Source: Candidatus Uhrbacteria bacterium (GTDB taxonomy: Bacteria > Patescibacteriota > Patescibacteriia > UBA9934). Taken from it: a stretch of 64,000 nt of DNA. The DNA lies in the NCBI GenBank assembly GCA_963822405.1, contig CAWGHH010000001.1, positions 227,717 to 291,716 of the forward strand, given 5' to 3'. The translations under genes and the position numbers were made by a program. The notes beneath the pieces were generated by a model, which saw only the letters and a list, made by a program, of their open reading frames with translations, made no database searches and was not told the origin of the DNA. This document shows, piece after piece, positions 22,801-30,959 of the stretch; the first letter of the stretch is position 1; each line of letters begins with the position of its first letter.

Positions 22801-25703
22801 ATGACGTTCGCCTAATATTGAACGCTGGAACATGTACTCAGGCGTACGGTCAGGCTTGCGCGGTAGGTACATGTGCGAATACCGGTGCGGCTTGTGCTAG
22901 ACAGGATCAATGCGGCACTACCGGTGGTGCCTGTGTAGTTGGCCAGTGTTATGCGCCTTCCTTAATAGTTCAGTCTTGCTTTAGTGACTCAGATTGTGGC
23001 GGCGGAGGTAAGGTTTGTTTGGGCAGCGTTTGTGCCTCAAAAGGAAATGTAGTGGTTACAGATACCCCAGCTTCAGGTCAAAGCTTATACAAACCAACGG
23101 AGGTTAATAAAGGTTGTGGTACTACGAATAAGTTTGTCAAATCAATCAATCTCAAGGACGGCACCTGTGTAAATGAAAAGTGTTTGCTAGCCCCAGACGG
23201 AAATGCCTTTGCTTTTGGAACTACAGAGGGAAAATCTTGCAAGGCATATCCAGAAACTACCAGCCCATTCTCGTCGGAAGTTGTTACGAACTGGTTTGAT
23301 ACCCTCGAGCAAAAGGTGTTAGTGGCGGATGTGCCAACATATGACGACATTCCTTACCAAAAGAGGTATGGATTTGAGCAGGCGAATACTTGTGCTCCGG
23401 GACAGGATTGTGTCTGCAGCTACAAGAAGGTGACATATTCTCAAGTTACGGGTGCACGGTATTTTGGTAAAACAACTGCAATAAATGGTCGTGGAATTTG
23501 TAGTTCTGGTCCTTATGTTAATAAATCATGTGACACCTATCTAGATTGTTCTAATACCACAGCGCTTGGAGAATGTTCGAAGCCTACTCGCGAAGACATT
23601 CTTCTTGGTATGGACGGTTATTGTTTGGAGCGTGATACGTCTATTAATGTGAACGGTGATCGTAATCAAAGTGCATGTATCAATTGGCTTCCTGTTGACC
23701 AGTTAGCCGGTAGCTCTGACCTTTATGGGAAGAGTACGGAGGCGGGATACTTTAAGGATACATGGGCTTGTGCTGAAACGGATATGTATGCGCAGTTGGC
23801 GCCAAGTCAGGTGCAGGCTACCGCTACTTCTGGTTGGAATGGTTTAACTACAATTGCTTGTGCCGTGTCTAATAATGGAATAATGAGTGCAGAAAAGTCA
23901 TTCGACGCTACTACCGTAAGTAGCTGTCTTAAGAACGCTACATGTCCGGCCGGGTACTGGGCATTGATCGGGCAACCGCACTGGATTGATAGGGGAAATA
24001 ATGGACATATTGCCGACGCATGCAACGTAGGAAACAATGATTGTCCATACGAATGTATTCCTATTGGATCATTTGTTGGAACGCAGTCCTGCGATATCAC
24101 TGGATCGTTCACTACCTCGCAGGCGGTTCCTATTTCGACGGCCAGAGAATCTACAAAACCGAATAACCGTATCGTAGGAATGGATCCTGGCACTGACAAG
24201 GTGGATACCGGTTTATCAAATTTTGATAAATTAGCAAAAGCCCTGTCTCTTTGTCGCACTCCTGCCGTGCTTTGGGATGACTCGATGCCAACCTTGCTCC
24301 ACACGATCTCTACGCCACCCGATCTGTCAAAATATTACAATCTAACCTTCACTCAGAAAAATCCTGACCCAGACGGCTACGAAATTATAGATGCTGTACG
24401 TTTCCCAGCTTGTAAGCAGGTGGTAAAAGTCAGTGACGGTAATATTTTTGCAGGTGCCGCTTGGACTGATCGTATGTTGAATCCGACTTCTGGTTTCGCG
24501 ATTGATAGTTCAGAGGGATCGGTGCGTTACACGTTGGATACTGCTAAACAGCCATATGGTCTTATTTTGGACGATGCGACCACACGTAAGGCACCTTTAT
24601 CTCCTTATGCGGTAGCGAGCTGTCAAAATAAGCAAACCGGGTCATTAATTTCAACGCCTTTGGGTACTGCGCCGTTTAATGTTTGCTATCCGTCAGGCCG
24701 ATGGATGCCGTATTCATCCGTTCCGGCAACTGATCCGGTTGCTCCAGAGGCTCGGTCATTTGTTGGGTTCGATATCAATACTAATGGTAACGGTTACGCT
24801 GGTCAGTGGCTTCCAAAGGGGACCTATTCGAATGCAGTAACGAATATTACACAACTATTCGCTAATCTGAATATTGGAGTCACTGGATCTTGGCGAAAGT
24901 GGACAAGCTGGGTTCCTTCGGGGTCTGTTAGTGGGGCAAACTTGAAGTATGAAACTGTATCTCCGCCAACGGCAGCTCTTGATGTCCGCGCCACGGAAGG
25001 CAATCCGCCAAAAATTTGGGCCATTGATCCGGCTACTTGTAACGGTTCTGAGTGTGAAGAGGGGCCATTAAATGCGATAACGGTTAATGACCAGAATACG
25101 GGGAATGTTTCTTCTTCAGACTTCCTCCGTGCCAGTGTAAAATTCTACGCGGCCGCAGATAAGAATCAGTTGCCATTGCGCCGTGTAATCATGGATTGGG
25201 GAGATGGTAACGAATCCGGTTCCGCCGCCGATGACAACTTCTATAAGAATCACCGCGGTCTTGAGCCAAACAGCACCGTCAGTAAGTGTGACGGCACCTC
25301 CGGCGAATGGGGTCTGACCGCAGAAAGCTGTGATCCAAATTACATCACCTACAGCCATATTTACACCTGTTCGTCTTCTACGCTTCTCAGCACACATGAT
25401 TGTACGGACACTAATAATGACGGCAAATTCGATAACGCGCCATGTATCAAAGAGCCCCGCACCATCGGCGCATCCTGCGTCTACCAGCCACGCGTGCATA
25501 CGAGAGATAATTGGGGGTGGTGTACGGGAGTTTGTACATTGGGAACTGATGGGAAGAGCGGATGTTATGCGGGAAATACCTATAGTGTGAATAGTGCTAA
25601 TGATGTAATAGATAGTGAGTGTTCGTACGGAATATATCCAGATCAAAATTCTACGAATGATCCATGGGTCTATTACAACGGACAGATAGTCGTGAAGCCA
25701 TAA
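16812..25703 (+). CDS. giant (2963 aa) secreted Cys-rich protein with C-terminal PKD domain
   Basis: GTG start. Signal peptide MSQKLNTSLKYLSRLTVGMLLLWVMIMPKVSHA; composition rich in T/S/G/N/D/C; recurring C-x(3-4)-[ND]-G-C-x-x-[YF] modules (CSENDNGCSAY, CRDQDVGCDEF, CASDAAGCTEY, CSAAANGCRSY); PKD-type motif MDWGDGNESGS...ITYSHIYTC near the C-terminus. Confidence 0.7.
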   Translation: MSQKLNTSLKYLSRLTVGMLLLWVMIMPKVSHALEIPLPPVVNTGLTQEAANSISNAAGAVQAPSPMVVTVGADVPSTLKGILDSVKEYAKSSLTGAIATYLVNLTTFAADEAAREAAVRLVNSGPGGTPLVDQHPWDSYLKDVGAASAGEALGLLNDEITGPGKVLQNFNLCAPGNANVLLSFKFGIKSVFQKQTPKCKVNEVVSNWKGFIADVSTQVGGGQARNQHILTQLADAFDPNTNEFSVGVSLTSNILNNSQEKATLKVEQRLSQNGFQDVTDFISGQVKTPASMIVNDYQQKFNKQGETRNQLSTALLSNTDVLLQIGLHAGSVFTNTLLSKLTEKIYNGWFDVNPALQNTNPFDPSSFAQNNSDVATARLRSIFTATPLEITNYSILSDFSSCPQSNRGIYNCVADSSLISAIARASSGVAVTVQEAMDQGLLKPDWPLIPSSDHARNQDPFCYTYGYCYANLVKLRKARVVSVGWEFAADSEFNSSTNPTTLRKVVAGFNDCDASGQPDTNHPWCKLIDPTWVLKYPQTQCRAAVNGQLLTSGAADERQTECVDMPSCIAEDENGNCTGGYGYCVKEKNAWQFRGQSCPAQFASCITVKNSEKTVSYLRNTTDPGPCTEDNAGCQWYATQKTKQTDGSFKFPATNVLADDVATDTYKNRTYFTSSVEACQAENGGCKELVVRDATLSLNMLVNPNLEDDTDNNAKPDGWIFSAPSSSTLDTASAFSRSGSKAVKTGTGIVYEPGVEFSQGRFYTMSFYARQTVAGGSDIGDMFIGFSADDGSGINLGGTSIMAGANSACVLKDGNNDGKMDAVDVTGKPTGTVYERFSCTFTSPIQANSAARLFAFVDLMPGNAWIDDVQVEQGPKVTNFHSGYSSTTLAKEVVKVPPSYLGCTGASTDPAECAKYAKVCSENDNGCSAYTPANGDPVVTGVVDLGLPLPIVDGQDECPAACVGYDTYRQEGFDMAKNSGSRFEPDGVFPLYLIPSTAKTCRDQDVGCDEFTNLSDESKSYFTYVRACVTPAQAEANTGSDNSATFYTWEGSDNSGYQLKTWDLLQSNLGLSTYTYQNSLGIDTAPGNAPCEHGVATPNGMTCADAVDSNGDQKYDWDTASCDEHSDIFSNSDCREFYDANGVIHYRLWSNTVTVDAACSTYRKTDVVGADLTEKQATCTSSGGFFDVQAGTCRYYGLATGSKTCSAAANGCRSYTGGRSRNSFVAYQDLVEDGNLTKWTSAVPASLVYSNESLATGGHSISTSAPFATLSSSLTGKLPASRTYTLSFLAKGTGTLQAGFDYQAAVASPTIDLAFGSVTVSQGWQQYSLGPLDMSSVSAIFGNGTALAFVPAGNVFVDNIILRAGQDNITLIKNSWSTPAACDLTPTGAPAPQYYLGCQQYSTQTGTKVNVKSFSKLCSADKVGCASFFMTEESASPHAEVHNATCGTIGGAIATVSTACHYGVNATAYDITTPLLCTIGVGSNSCPFNLNWYVAPANLPAHLKYAPSTVITPADKDVFLVVTDDKKCASDAAGCTEYGKPTYNQARTATTGATSKFLKNNPAKYVASGADKSILCSQNALYCSAWTGTGGTQYYFKDPINQTCEYKTNVSVGTVSYSGWFKTGTSELCYNTPNYVIGGNMSGIWKNGDANYAGWVGTCSTQYNSCSEYQDPLAIKTNEIYGNSDGTPYFTLSTSLGSSRSSVTGTDCNGKVSLKGGCALFNDTSVSRKTANASATEMASRHADKLFNTEPYSLVDPIDCDSNATVIHTPSSGDVDLCAKRCAYREGSVKDLTKPDSNTPIYGSSCYTSEDCAPVDSEYGERVKATGCDAATAALRLKDDANTVLAVNRNRECSEWLSCANAQTVWDDASSSYKTICDQVALCTEYSAQGSSSFCSKWNFDAPKVVLTNDRYTSRDVSWYGSEYSGMSIPNLFSVEALEQANVAPKFTCDLSKLQDGGSDNVDLAYFNANNGKWCSLDAECGTGAKFVGTCSGPQGNDVRLILNAGTCTQAYGQACAVGTCANTGAACARQDQCGTTGGACVVGQCYAPSLIVQSCFSDSDCGGGGKVCLGSVCASKGNVVVTDTPASGQSLYKPTEVNKGCGTTNKFVKSINLKDGTCVNEKCLLAPDGNAFAFGTTEGKSCKAYPETTSPFSSEVVTNWFDTLEQKVLVADVPTYDDIPYQKRYGFEQANTCAPGQDCVCSYKKVTYSQVTGARYFGKTTAINGRGICSSGPYVNKSCDTYLDCSNTTALGECSKPTREDILLGMDGYCLERDTSINVNGDRNQSACINWLPVDQLAGSSDLYGKSTEAGYFKDTWACAETDMYAQLAPSQVQATATSGWNGLTTIACAVSNNGIMSAEKSFDATTVSSCLKNATCPAGYWALIGQPHWIDRGNNGHIADACNVGNNDCPYECIPIGSFVGTQSCDITGSFTTSQAVPISTARESTKPNNRIVGMDPGTDKVDTGLSNFDKLAKALSLCRTPAVLWDDSMPTLLHTISTPPDLSKYYNLTFTQKNPDPDGYEIIDAVRFPACKQVVKVSDGNIFAGAAWTDRMLNPTSGFAIDSSEGSVRYTLDTAKQPYGLILDDATTRKAPLSPYAVASCQNKQTGSLISTPLGTAPFNVCYPSGRWMPYSSVPATDPVAPEARSFVGFDINTNGNGYAGQWLPKGTYSNAVTNITQLFANLNIGVTGSWRKWTSWVPSGSVSGANLKYETVSPPTAALDVRATEGNPPKIWAIDPATCNGSECEEGPLNAITVNDQNTGNVSSSDFLRASVKFYAAADKNQLPLRRVIMDWGDGNESGSAADDNFYKNHRGLEPNSTVSKCDGTSGEWGLTAESCDPNYITYSHIYTCSSSTLLSTHDCTDTNNDGKFDNAPCIKEPRTIGASCVYQPRVHTRDNWGWCTGVCTLGTDGKSGCYAGNTYSVNSANDVIDSECSYGIYPDQNSTNDPWVYYNGQIVVKP

Positions 25704-25713
25704 GAAAAAAATC

Positions 25714-25770
25714 GAGCCCCGTGGTGATGGGTTTGGCACCGCCAAACCCTTACGTCACGGGGCTTTTGCG
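25714..25770 (+). terminator. nested hairpin/terminator after the giant gene
   Basis: GAGCCCCGTG ... CACGGGGCT followed by TTTTG; the inner palindrome GGGTTTGGCaccGCCAAACCC occupies 25729-25749. Confidence 0.45.
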
Positions 25771-26490
25771 TTACGTGATATTTGGATGGGGATTGGGATT
25801 ATTCCGGTCACGTTCCCATTTGGCGGGGTTTTCGCGGATGTATTCCTGGATTCGTTTTAAATCACTCTTTCCTCTGATAATATGTTCGTAATAATCCCGT
25901 TGCCATAATTTTCCGATTCTTCCAACCTTTCCGAATCGATGACCTTTGGCGTATTCATTATAAAATGCGTTCGTGGTCATCGTCTTGAACCATTGGACGA
26001 AATCCGGAATTCCTTTAAACGCGCTCGCGTCCTCTCCATAACCGGCCGTCCCGGCCGCCGTTGGGGTCGACCCATGCGTCGACCCTTTCCCATCCTCCGA
26101 ACCGTTTTCGGATTTTAACGTCGACCTCTTTTCATTTCTTACCCGCGAAACGATTTCTATAATCCCGTGAAAATGATTGGGCATGGTTACGAATTCATGG
26201 ATACGAATTCCCGGAAATTTCTCCGGTAATTTATTCCAAAATTTATCCACGATCATTCCGTATTCATTTAATTCCATTATCGAAGGTGGATTTGTGCGAG
26301 GGTCGACGCATGGGTCGACCCCAACCTCGCGGATCACGCCGAACCATTCGATTCGGTCTTCGGTGACGGGATTAATAAAATAATATCCGGGTTGGGAGTA
26401 ATCGTATCCCTTTAAACGTAATTCCTTCCTACCGATTTCTTTCCATGAAAACATAAAACCCCATTTGTTTGGCCGATATGCGTCGGTCAT
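25771..26490 (-). CDS. IS200/IS605 family Y1 (HUH) transposase, RAYT-like
   Basis: HUH motif MPNHFHGIIEI and a C-terminal LWQRDYYEHIIR catalytic Tyr region. An insertion-like Gly/Ser-rich segment is present, and a 23-bp inverted repeat pair lies inside the coding sequence. Confidence 0.7.
   Translation of the reverse strand: MTDAYRPNKWGFMFSWKEIGRKELRLKGYDYSQPGYYFINPVTEDRIEWFGVIREVGVDPCVDPRTNPPSIMELNEYGMIVDKFWNKLPEKFPGIRIHEFVTMPNHFHGIIEIVSRVRNEKRSTLKSENGSEDGKGSTHGSTPTAAGTAGYGEDASAFKGIPDFVQWFKTMTTNAFYNEYAKGHRFGKVGRIGKLWQRDYYEHIIRGKSDLKRIQEYIRENPAKWERDRNNPNPHPNIT
26060..26082 (+). repeat. 23-bp palindromic repeat GGGGTCGACCCATGCGTCGACCC (left copy) inside the transposase gene
   Basis: The exact reverse complement is present at 26300-26322; each copy contains the self-complementary GGGTCGACCC. 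Confidence 0.55.
26300..26322 (+). repeat. 23-bp palindromic repeat (right copy, inverted)
   Basis: GGGTCGACGCATGGGTCGACCCC, the reverse complement of 26060-26082; the pair brackets the HUH core of the transposase ORF. Confidence 0.55.
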
Positions 26491-26633
26491 TTACGCCTGG
26501 GGAGTTATCTATATTGCACCATGGATTTTCCTGTGTTGTACGTGCCGTGTGGATATATAAGAAAACCCCGCCATCTCTCCAGAGGGCGGGGCTTGCGTCA
26601 AGCGTGAACTGACGTTCAGTCCTGATTTCCGTT

Positions 26634-27428
26634 TCAGTACTGCCAGTCACACTGGACGTCGGCGACGTATTGGTACGGGCTGTTGTCAACAACCGTCACC
26701 GAGAAACTTTTTCCGAGCACGACCACCGTATTTTCCAGGTAATAGGGGGCGGGTGGGTTACTAGTCTCAGAGGCCTCAACCCCGTTCACCAGAAGAACAA
26801 TTTGATCGTTTTTCAATTGCATTTCATCGCCAGCATGTCCGACGACGCTCATGTTCGGATTATCCTGCGGATGGATTTTTCCATCCTGATCGATCTTGAT
26901 TACCTGATTATCGAGATCGTGATGACCAAAGGATTCACCTTTGTGGCCATCCGCTGACGTGCTGTACCGCCACTTGTCGTACCCGCACGCGTACGTGCCG
27001 GGTTCGATGGTCTTGTGGAGATCGATGCGGACGGGGGCGGGGACGTTCAGCTGAACGGAGAAGTCCACGGGCATGGCGGCCCAGGGGTTTCCTTCGCCGT
27101 CCATGTACACGGGGTAGCCGAACTGGCCGGCTAGCGTCGGATCTCCCGCTTCCGCCGTGTAGTCGCCGGGGGCGTCCACGGGCTGCGTGTCACCGCTCGT
27201 CAGGGAGTAGTCCTTCGTCGGACCATAGAGGTACACGAGGGCATCGTCCGTGACGGAGGTGAGCTTGAAGACGTCCACGGTCACGGGCGCGAAGCCGGTG
27301 ACGGAAGTGTCTCCAGTGTCGCTCGTGTCGCAGGTCTGGCAGGAGTCCGTATCGGTCTCCTGACAGTCTTTGCACGGGTGGCAGGCGGTGAGGAGGGCGA
27401 GGATGCTGATGAAAGGAACGATGCGCAT
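26634..27428 (-). CDS. hypothetical lipoprotein (GC-rich)
   Basis: Lipobox ILALLTAC, then a Cys/Asp/Thr-rich linker (CKDCQETDTDSCQTCDTSDTGDT) and a beta-rich domain. A terminator hairpin lies at 26566-26600 on the coding strand. Confidence 0.5.
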   Translation of the reverse strand: MRIVPFISILALLTACHPCKDCQETDTDSCQTCDTSDTGDTSVTGFAPVTVDVFKLTSVTDDALVYLYGPTKDYSLTSGDTQPVDAPGDYTAEAGDPTLAGQFGYPVYMDGEGNPWAAMPVDFSVQLNVPAPVRIDLHKTIEPGTYACGYDKWRYSTSADGHKGESFGHHDLDNQVIKIDQDGKIHPQDNPNMSVVGHAGDEMQLKNDQIVLLVNGVEASETSNPPAPYYLENTVVVLGKSFSVTVVDNSPYQYVADVQCDWQY

Positions 27429-27693
27429 TGGCGTGTCTCCTGAAAGAAGTGAAGGCTGGGTTTTACCCCGCCCTGGTGAGAACTACGGCCAGGCACTCGC
27501 CCGGCTGGTATGCTGAGATTAGCAGAAAAATGGGAAAAAGTCAACGGATGTGTACAAATAGTGGATTTGGTCGGACAAAAAGGCCTATTTAGAGAAAATA
27601 TCCACAGGATTACAGAGCGGTAGTTTTTAGCTATTTTGTTTGACCTGGCCACGTTGTCCGTATATCGTTACCTGATCATTCTTTATAGAGAGT

Positions 27694-28152
27694 ATGGCCT
27701 GTATTTTTTGTGACATCGTATCGGGGCATGTTCAGTCTTATAAAGTTTGGGAAGATGAAAAGCATCTTGCTTTTTTATCCATTTTTCCTAATACAGTGGG
27801 TGCTACTGTGGTTATACCAAAGAGCCATCACCCGAGTTATGCTTTTGATCTCCAAGATGATGTTTTATGTGATCTAGTGAAGGCTACAAAGCAGGTTGCC
27901 CAGCTTCTTGATAAAAGTTTCGAAGATGTTGGTCGTACGGGCATGGTGTTTGAAGGATTTGGTGTGGACCACGTACACGCGAAACTATTCCCGATGCATG
28001 GCACGAAGATTGCTTCATGGAAAGCTATTCATTCGACGCTGCGTACATTCTATGCAACGTATCCAGGGTATATCGCTTCACACGACGGCGATCGGATGAG
28101 TGACGAGCTCCTTGCGGATACTGCAAAAAAGATAACCGACCTCAATAAATAA
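27694..28152 (+). CDS. HIT family (histidine triad) hydrolase
   Basis: CIFCDIVSG N-terminus and histidine triad VDHVHAKLFP. Confidence 0.8.
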   Translation: MACIFCDIVSGHVQSYKVWEDEKHLAFLSIFPNTVGATVVIPKSHHPSYAFDLQDDVLCDLVKATKQVAQLLDKSFEDVGRTGMVFEGFGVDHVHAKLFPMHGTKIASWKAIHSTLRTFYATYPGYIASHDGDRMSDELLADTAKKITDLNK

Positions 28153-28154
28153 AA

Positions 28155-28192
28155 GGACGGGCCGCACCACTAGGGTACGGCCCGTTTTGTTA
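28155..28192. terminator. bidirectional hairpin terminator between convergent HIT and aaRS genes
   Basis: ACGGGCCG-13 nt-CGGCCCGT followed by TTTTGTT; the complement gives a T-rich run on the other strand. Confidence 0.5.
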
Positions 28193-29506
28193 CGGAGTAA
28201 GCCGATTCACACCTCGGTAAAGGTAGGTCACCTCGCGCACGTTGCCGAGTCCGGTGAGGAGCATTAGCATGCGCGTGAGGCCAAAGCCGAAGCCACCGTG
28301 TGGAGGCATTCCGTACCGGAAGAAGTCGAGATAGAACTGAATGCTTGAGGGGTCCAATCCTTTTTCTATCGCCTGCTCTCGCAGGATGTCGTAGCGATGT
28401 TCGCGCTGTGCACCGCTCGTCACCTCCAAGCCGTTCCAGAGCAGGTCGAAGCTCTTGGTTAGGCTCGGATCGTGGGTGTGTCGCATGTGGTAGAAGGGTC
28501 GGACGCCAATTGGCCAGTCTGTCACGAACACGAACTCGTGTCCATGCTGTTCTTTTACCCATTTGCAGATTAGTTTTTCGCCTTCCGGATCGAGATCGCC
28601 ACCCGCTTCGGGTGGAATCACGTGCCCGAGCCCTTCCAGGATTTCGTAGGCCTTGGCCATGGTGATCCTGGGGAACGGAACTGCGGGTACCACGACTTCT
28701 TTGCCGTAGATCTTTCTGATTTTTTCCCCATGTATTTCAGCCACACGGGCGATAGTATGTGCAATCCACCGTTCTTCGATCGACATGACGTCTTCGTGGG
28801 AATCGACCCAGGCCACTTCGACGTCAACGGAAGTGAATTCCGTATCGTGTCGGATAGTGTGCGATTTGTTCGCGCGGAACACGGGTCCGATCTCGAACAC
28901 GCGGTCGAAACCTGCCGCGATTCCCATCTGCTTGTAGAACTGTGGCGATTGCGCAAGGTACGCAGTACCGCCGAAGTACGGCAGGGAGAACAGTTCGGCT
29001 CCGGATTCGCTGCCGTGGCCCATGAGCTTCGGCGAGTGGATCTCGAGGAAGCCATTCATGGTCCACCATTCGCGCATGGCGTGCTCGGCCGTCGTTTGGA
29101 TCTCGAAGACCAGACGGTTTGCTGGGTTCCGCAGATCCAGAAAGCGCCAGTTCAGGCGATCCTGGAGCTGGGGGTTGATTCCGAGCGGGAGCGGCTTTTC
29201 GGCCGGTCCGACCACCGTGATTTGCTCGGGGATGATCTCCACCCCACCGAGTTTCACCTGGGGGTTGGCTACGAGCCGGCCAGTGATGTCCACGGCGGCC
29301 TCAGGTACCAGCTGGCTCAAGATGGTGGCGAGCTCACTGCCGGCTTCCGGCTTGAAGTACGTCACCTGTACCCAACCGGTATGATCACGCACGACCAGGA
29401 AGGTCATGCGTTTTTTGTCGCGCAGGTGTTCCACCCACCCGCACACCCGTACGATCTGTTCTCCACCGACAAGGGAAAGAGTCCCGATGAGATTCCGCTG
29501 TAACAT
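28190..29506 (-). CDS. class IIb aminoacyl-tRNA synthetase, archaeal/eukaryal-type AspRS/AsnRS-like (aspartate--tRNA ligase likely)
   Basis: N-terminal OB anticodon-binding fold (VRVCGWVEHLRDKKRMTFLVVRD), motif 2 FRANKSHTIRHDTEFTSVDVE, motif 3 GGFGFGLTRMLM. Start set at ATG 29504-29506; the longer ORF-track N-extension is Ser/Cys-rich and unlikely. Confidence 0.7.
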   Translation of the reverse strand: MLQRNLIGTLSLVGGEQIVRVCGWVEHLRDKKRMTFLVVRDHTGWVQVTYFKPEAGSELATILSQLVPEAAVDITGRLVANPQVKLGGVEIIPEQITVVGPAEKPLPLGINPQLQDRLNWRFLDLRNPANRLVFEIQTTAEHAMREWWTMNGFLEIHSPKLMGHGSESGAELFSLPYFGGTAYLAQSPQFYKQMGIAAGFDRVFEIGPVFRANKSHTIRHDTEFTSVDVEVAWVDSHEDVMSIEERWIAHTIARVAEIHGEKIRKIYGKEVVVPAVPFPRITMAKAYEILEGLGHVIPPEAGGDLDPEGEKLICKWVKEQHGHEFVFVTDWPIGVRPFYHMRHTHDPSLTKSFDLLWNGLEVTSGAQREHRYDILREQAIEKGLDPSSIQFYLDFFRYGMPPHGGFGFGLTRMLMLLTGLGNVREVTYLYRGVNRLTP

Positions 29507-29531
29507 TGTGCCTCCTAGAGTTGTACTGATG

Positions 29532-30851
29532 CTACGGATAGACCGAGCGTCGGAAGGTACGAGGGAAGGGGATTGCATCCCGCACATGGTTGATGTTGAG
29601 GAGCCATCGCATGAGGCGTTCGACCCCCATGCCGAAGGCAATATGAGGCACGGGTCCGAATCCGCGCAGGTCTCGAATCCACTCGTACCGGGCGTCGCCC
29701 AGTTTCCCTTTTTCCGCCATTCGTTCGTCAAGCATCGGAAGTCCTACGATCTTTTCAGCTACACCGAGCAGCTCACCATATCCACGTGGAGCAATCAGGT
29801 CAGCAGTTCGCGTTACCTCCGGGTCGTCCGGATCGATAACGTACGGAAAGGGTTCCACCACGCGTGGAATGCCCATGATCCAGAAGGGACCGGTGTAGTT
29901 CTTTGAGAGGATGTCTTCCTCGGCAGAGCTGAGCCCTTTACCAAAGGAGATATCACAGCCCTTAGCCTGCAACTGGCTGATCGCATCGCGATAACGCAGG
30001 CGCGGGAAGGGTCCGTTCAGGCCCTCGGTGGAGTAGGAAGTACCGAGTACTTTGGTCGTCTCTTCTCCACATTCGCGACAGGCATGAGTGAGGCCCGCAA
30101 TGATGTTTTCCACGAGGGCGATAATGTCCTCGAGATCGCCGAACGTGGCTTCTGCCTTGATGTGCCAGTATTCCATGAGGTGCCGCTTGCTCCGGCTTTC
30201 CTCCCCGCGAAAACTGGGACCGATGTTGTAGACTCGCTCGAGCGCATGTGCCGCGCTCTCGAGGTAGTAACCCACGCACTGCGTGAGCAAAACCTTCTCG
30301 CCATTGATTTCGAGTCCGAGCGCGCTATTATCTTCGTAAAGTGGCACCGGCGTCAGGATAGGCGCAGTGATCTCTACGAAGCGATGATCGCGGAACCAGC
30401 GTCGTGCTTCCCAGAGAAGGGAGTCGCGAAACCGCATGATCGCAGCGATTTTCGGATGGCGAAGGTATAGGTGGCGATGCGCGAGCAGGTGATCGCTCAG
30501 ATTAGGATCGAACACGTCGAAGTCCTCCCTGAGCTGTGGCGAGATCTGTTTTGTGGCAGCTGAGATGATGGATAGTGAATCGGCCTTCACTTCCAGGTCC
30601 CGCGTATGTGGGTTCTCTTGTAAGTGACCATCGACTCGTACCGAGCTCTCAACTAGAGCGCGTTTTGCGGCCTCGAAGTCAGCTTCTGGCACTATCGATT
30701 TGTCCATTATGACCTGGATTTTGCCGGTGCTATCCGACACGTCCAGAAAGATTGCTTGTCCATGTCTCCGGCGTGCGGTGAGCCAGCCAAGAAGCGTGAC
30801 AGGCGTCCCGACACCGAGATATTTAAGGTCCTTGACGTAAATACTTTTCAC
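29532..30851 (-). CDS. class IIb aminoacyl-tRNA synthetase paralog (asparagine--tRNA ligase likely)
   Basis: OB fold VTLLGWLTARRRHGQAIFLDV, motif 2 FRGEESRSKRHLMEYWHIKAE, and a C-terminal GMGVERLMRWLL...IPFPR typical of AsnRS/archaeal AspRS. Confidence 0.7.
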   Translation of the reverse strand: MKSIYVKDLKYLGVGTPVTLLGWLTARRRHGQAIFLDVSDSTGKIQVIMDKSIVPEADFEAAKRALVESSVRVDGHLQENPHTRDLEVKADSLSIISAATKQISPQLREDFDVFDPNLSDHLLAHRHLYLRHPKIAAIMRFRDSLLWEARRWFRDHRFVEITAPILTPVPLYEDNSALGLEINGEKVLLTQCVGYYLESAAHALERVYNIGPSFRGEESRSKRHLMEYWHIKAEATFGDLEDIIALVENIIAGLTHACRECGEETTKVLGTSYSTEGLNGPFPRLRYRDAISQLQAKGCDISFGKGLSSAEEDILSKNYTGPFWIMGIPRVVEPFPYVIDPDDPEVTRTADLIAPRGYGELLGVAEKIVGLPMLDERMAEKGKLGDARYEWIRDLRGFGPVPHIAFGMGVERLMRWLLNINHVRDAIPFPRTFRRSVYP

Positions 30852-30959
30852 AACGCACCACCAAGCTTGATTGGTTCATCCAATGCTCCCCTGTGAAGCA
30901 TTCGGACCCTTGATCTTGGCTAAAATGAGAGATTCTGTCAAGCTATCGGAGGAGGTCTC

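Larger units (their letters stand above)
25704..26625 (-). mobile_element. IS200/IS605-like element (Y1 HUH transposase only), bounded by GC-rich hairpins
   Basis: Single tnpA-like gene flanked by hairpins at 25714-25770 and 26566-26600; no tnpB. Confidence 0.4.

Noticed and set aside
17281-24304. Numerous 60-165-aa ORFs on both strands inside the giant gene
   Set aside because: All are nested within the continuous 2963-codon frame bearing a signal peptide and PKD domain; they have no motifs of their own.
28300-30470. Plus-strand ORFs overlapping the two aaRS genes (28300-28665, 28622-29503, 29406-29906, 30084-30470)
   Set aside because: High-GC antisense frames with Arg/Ser/Gly-rich low-complexity translations; the opposite strand encodes full-length conserved class II synthetases.
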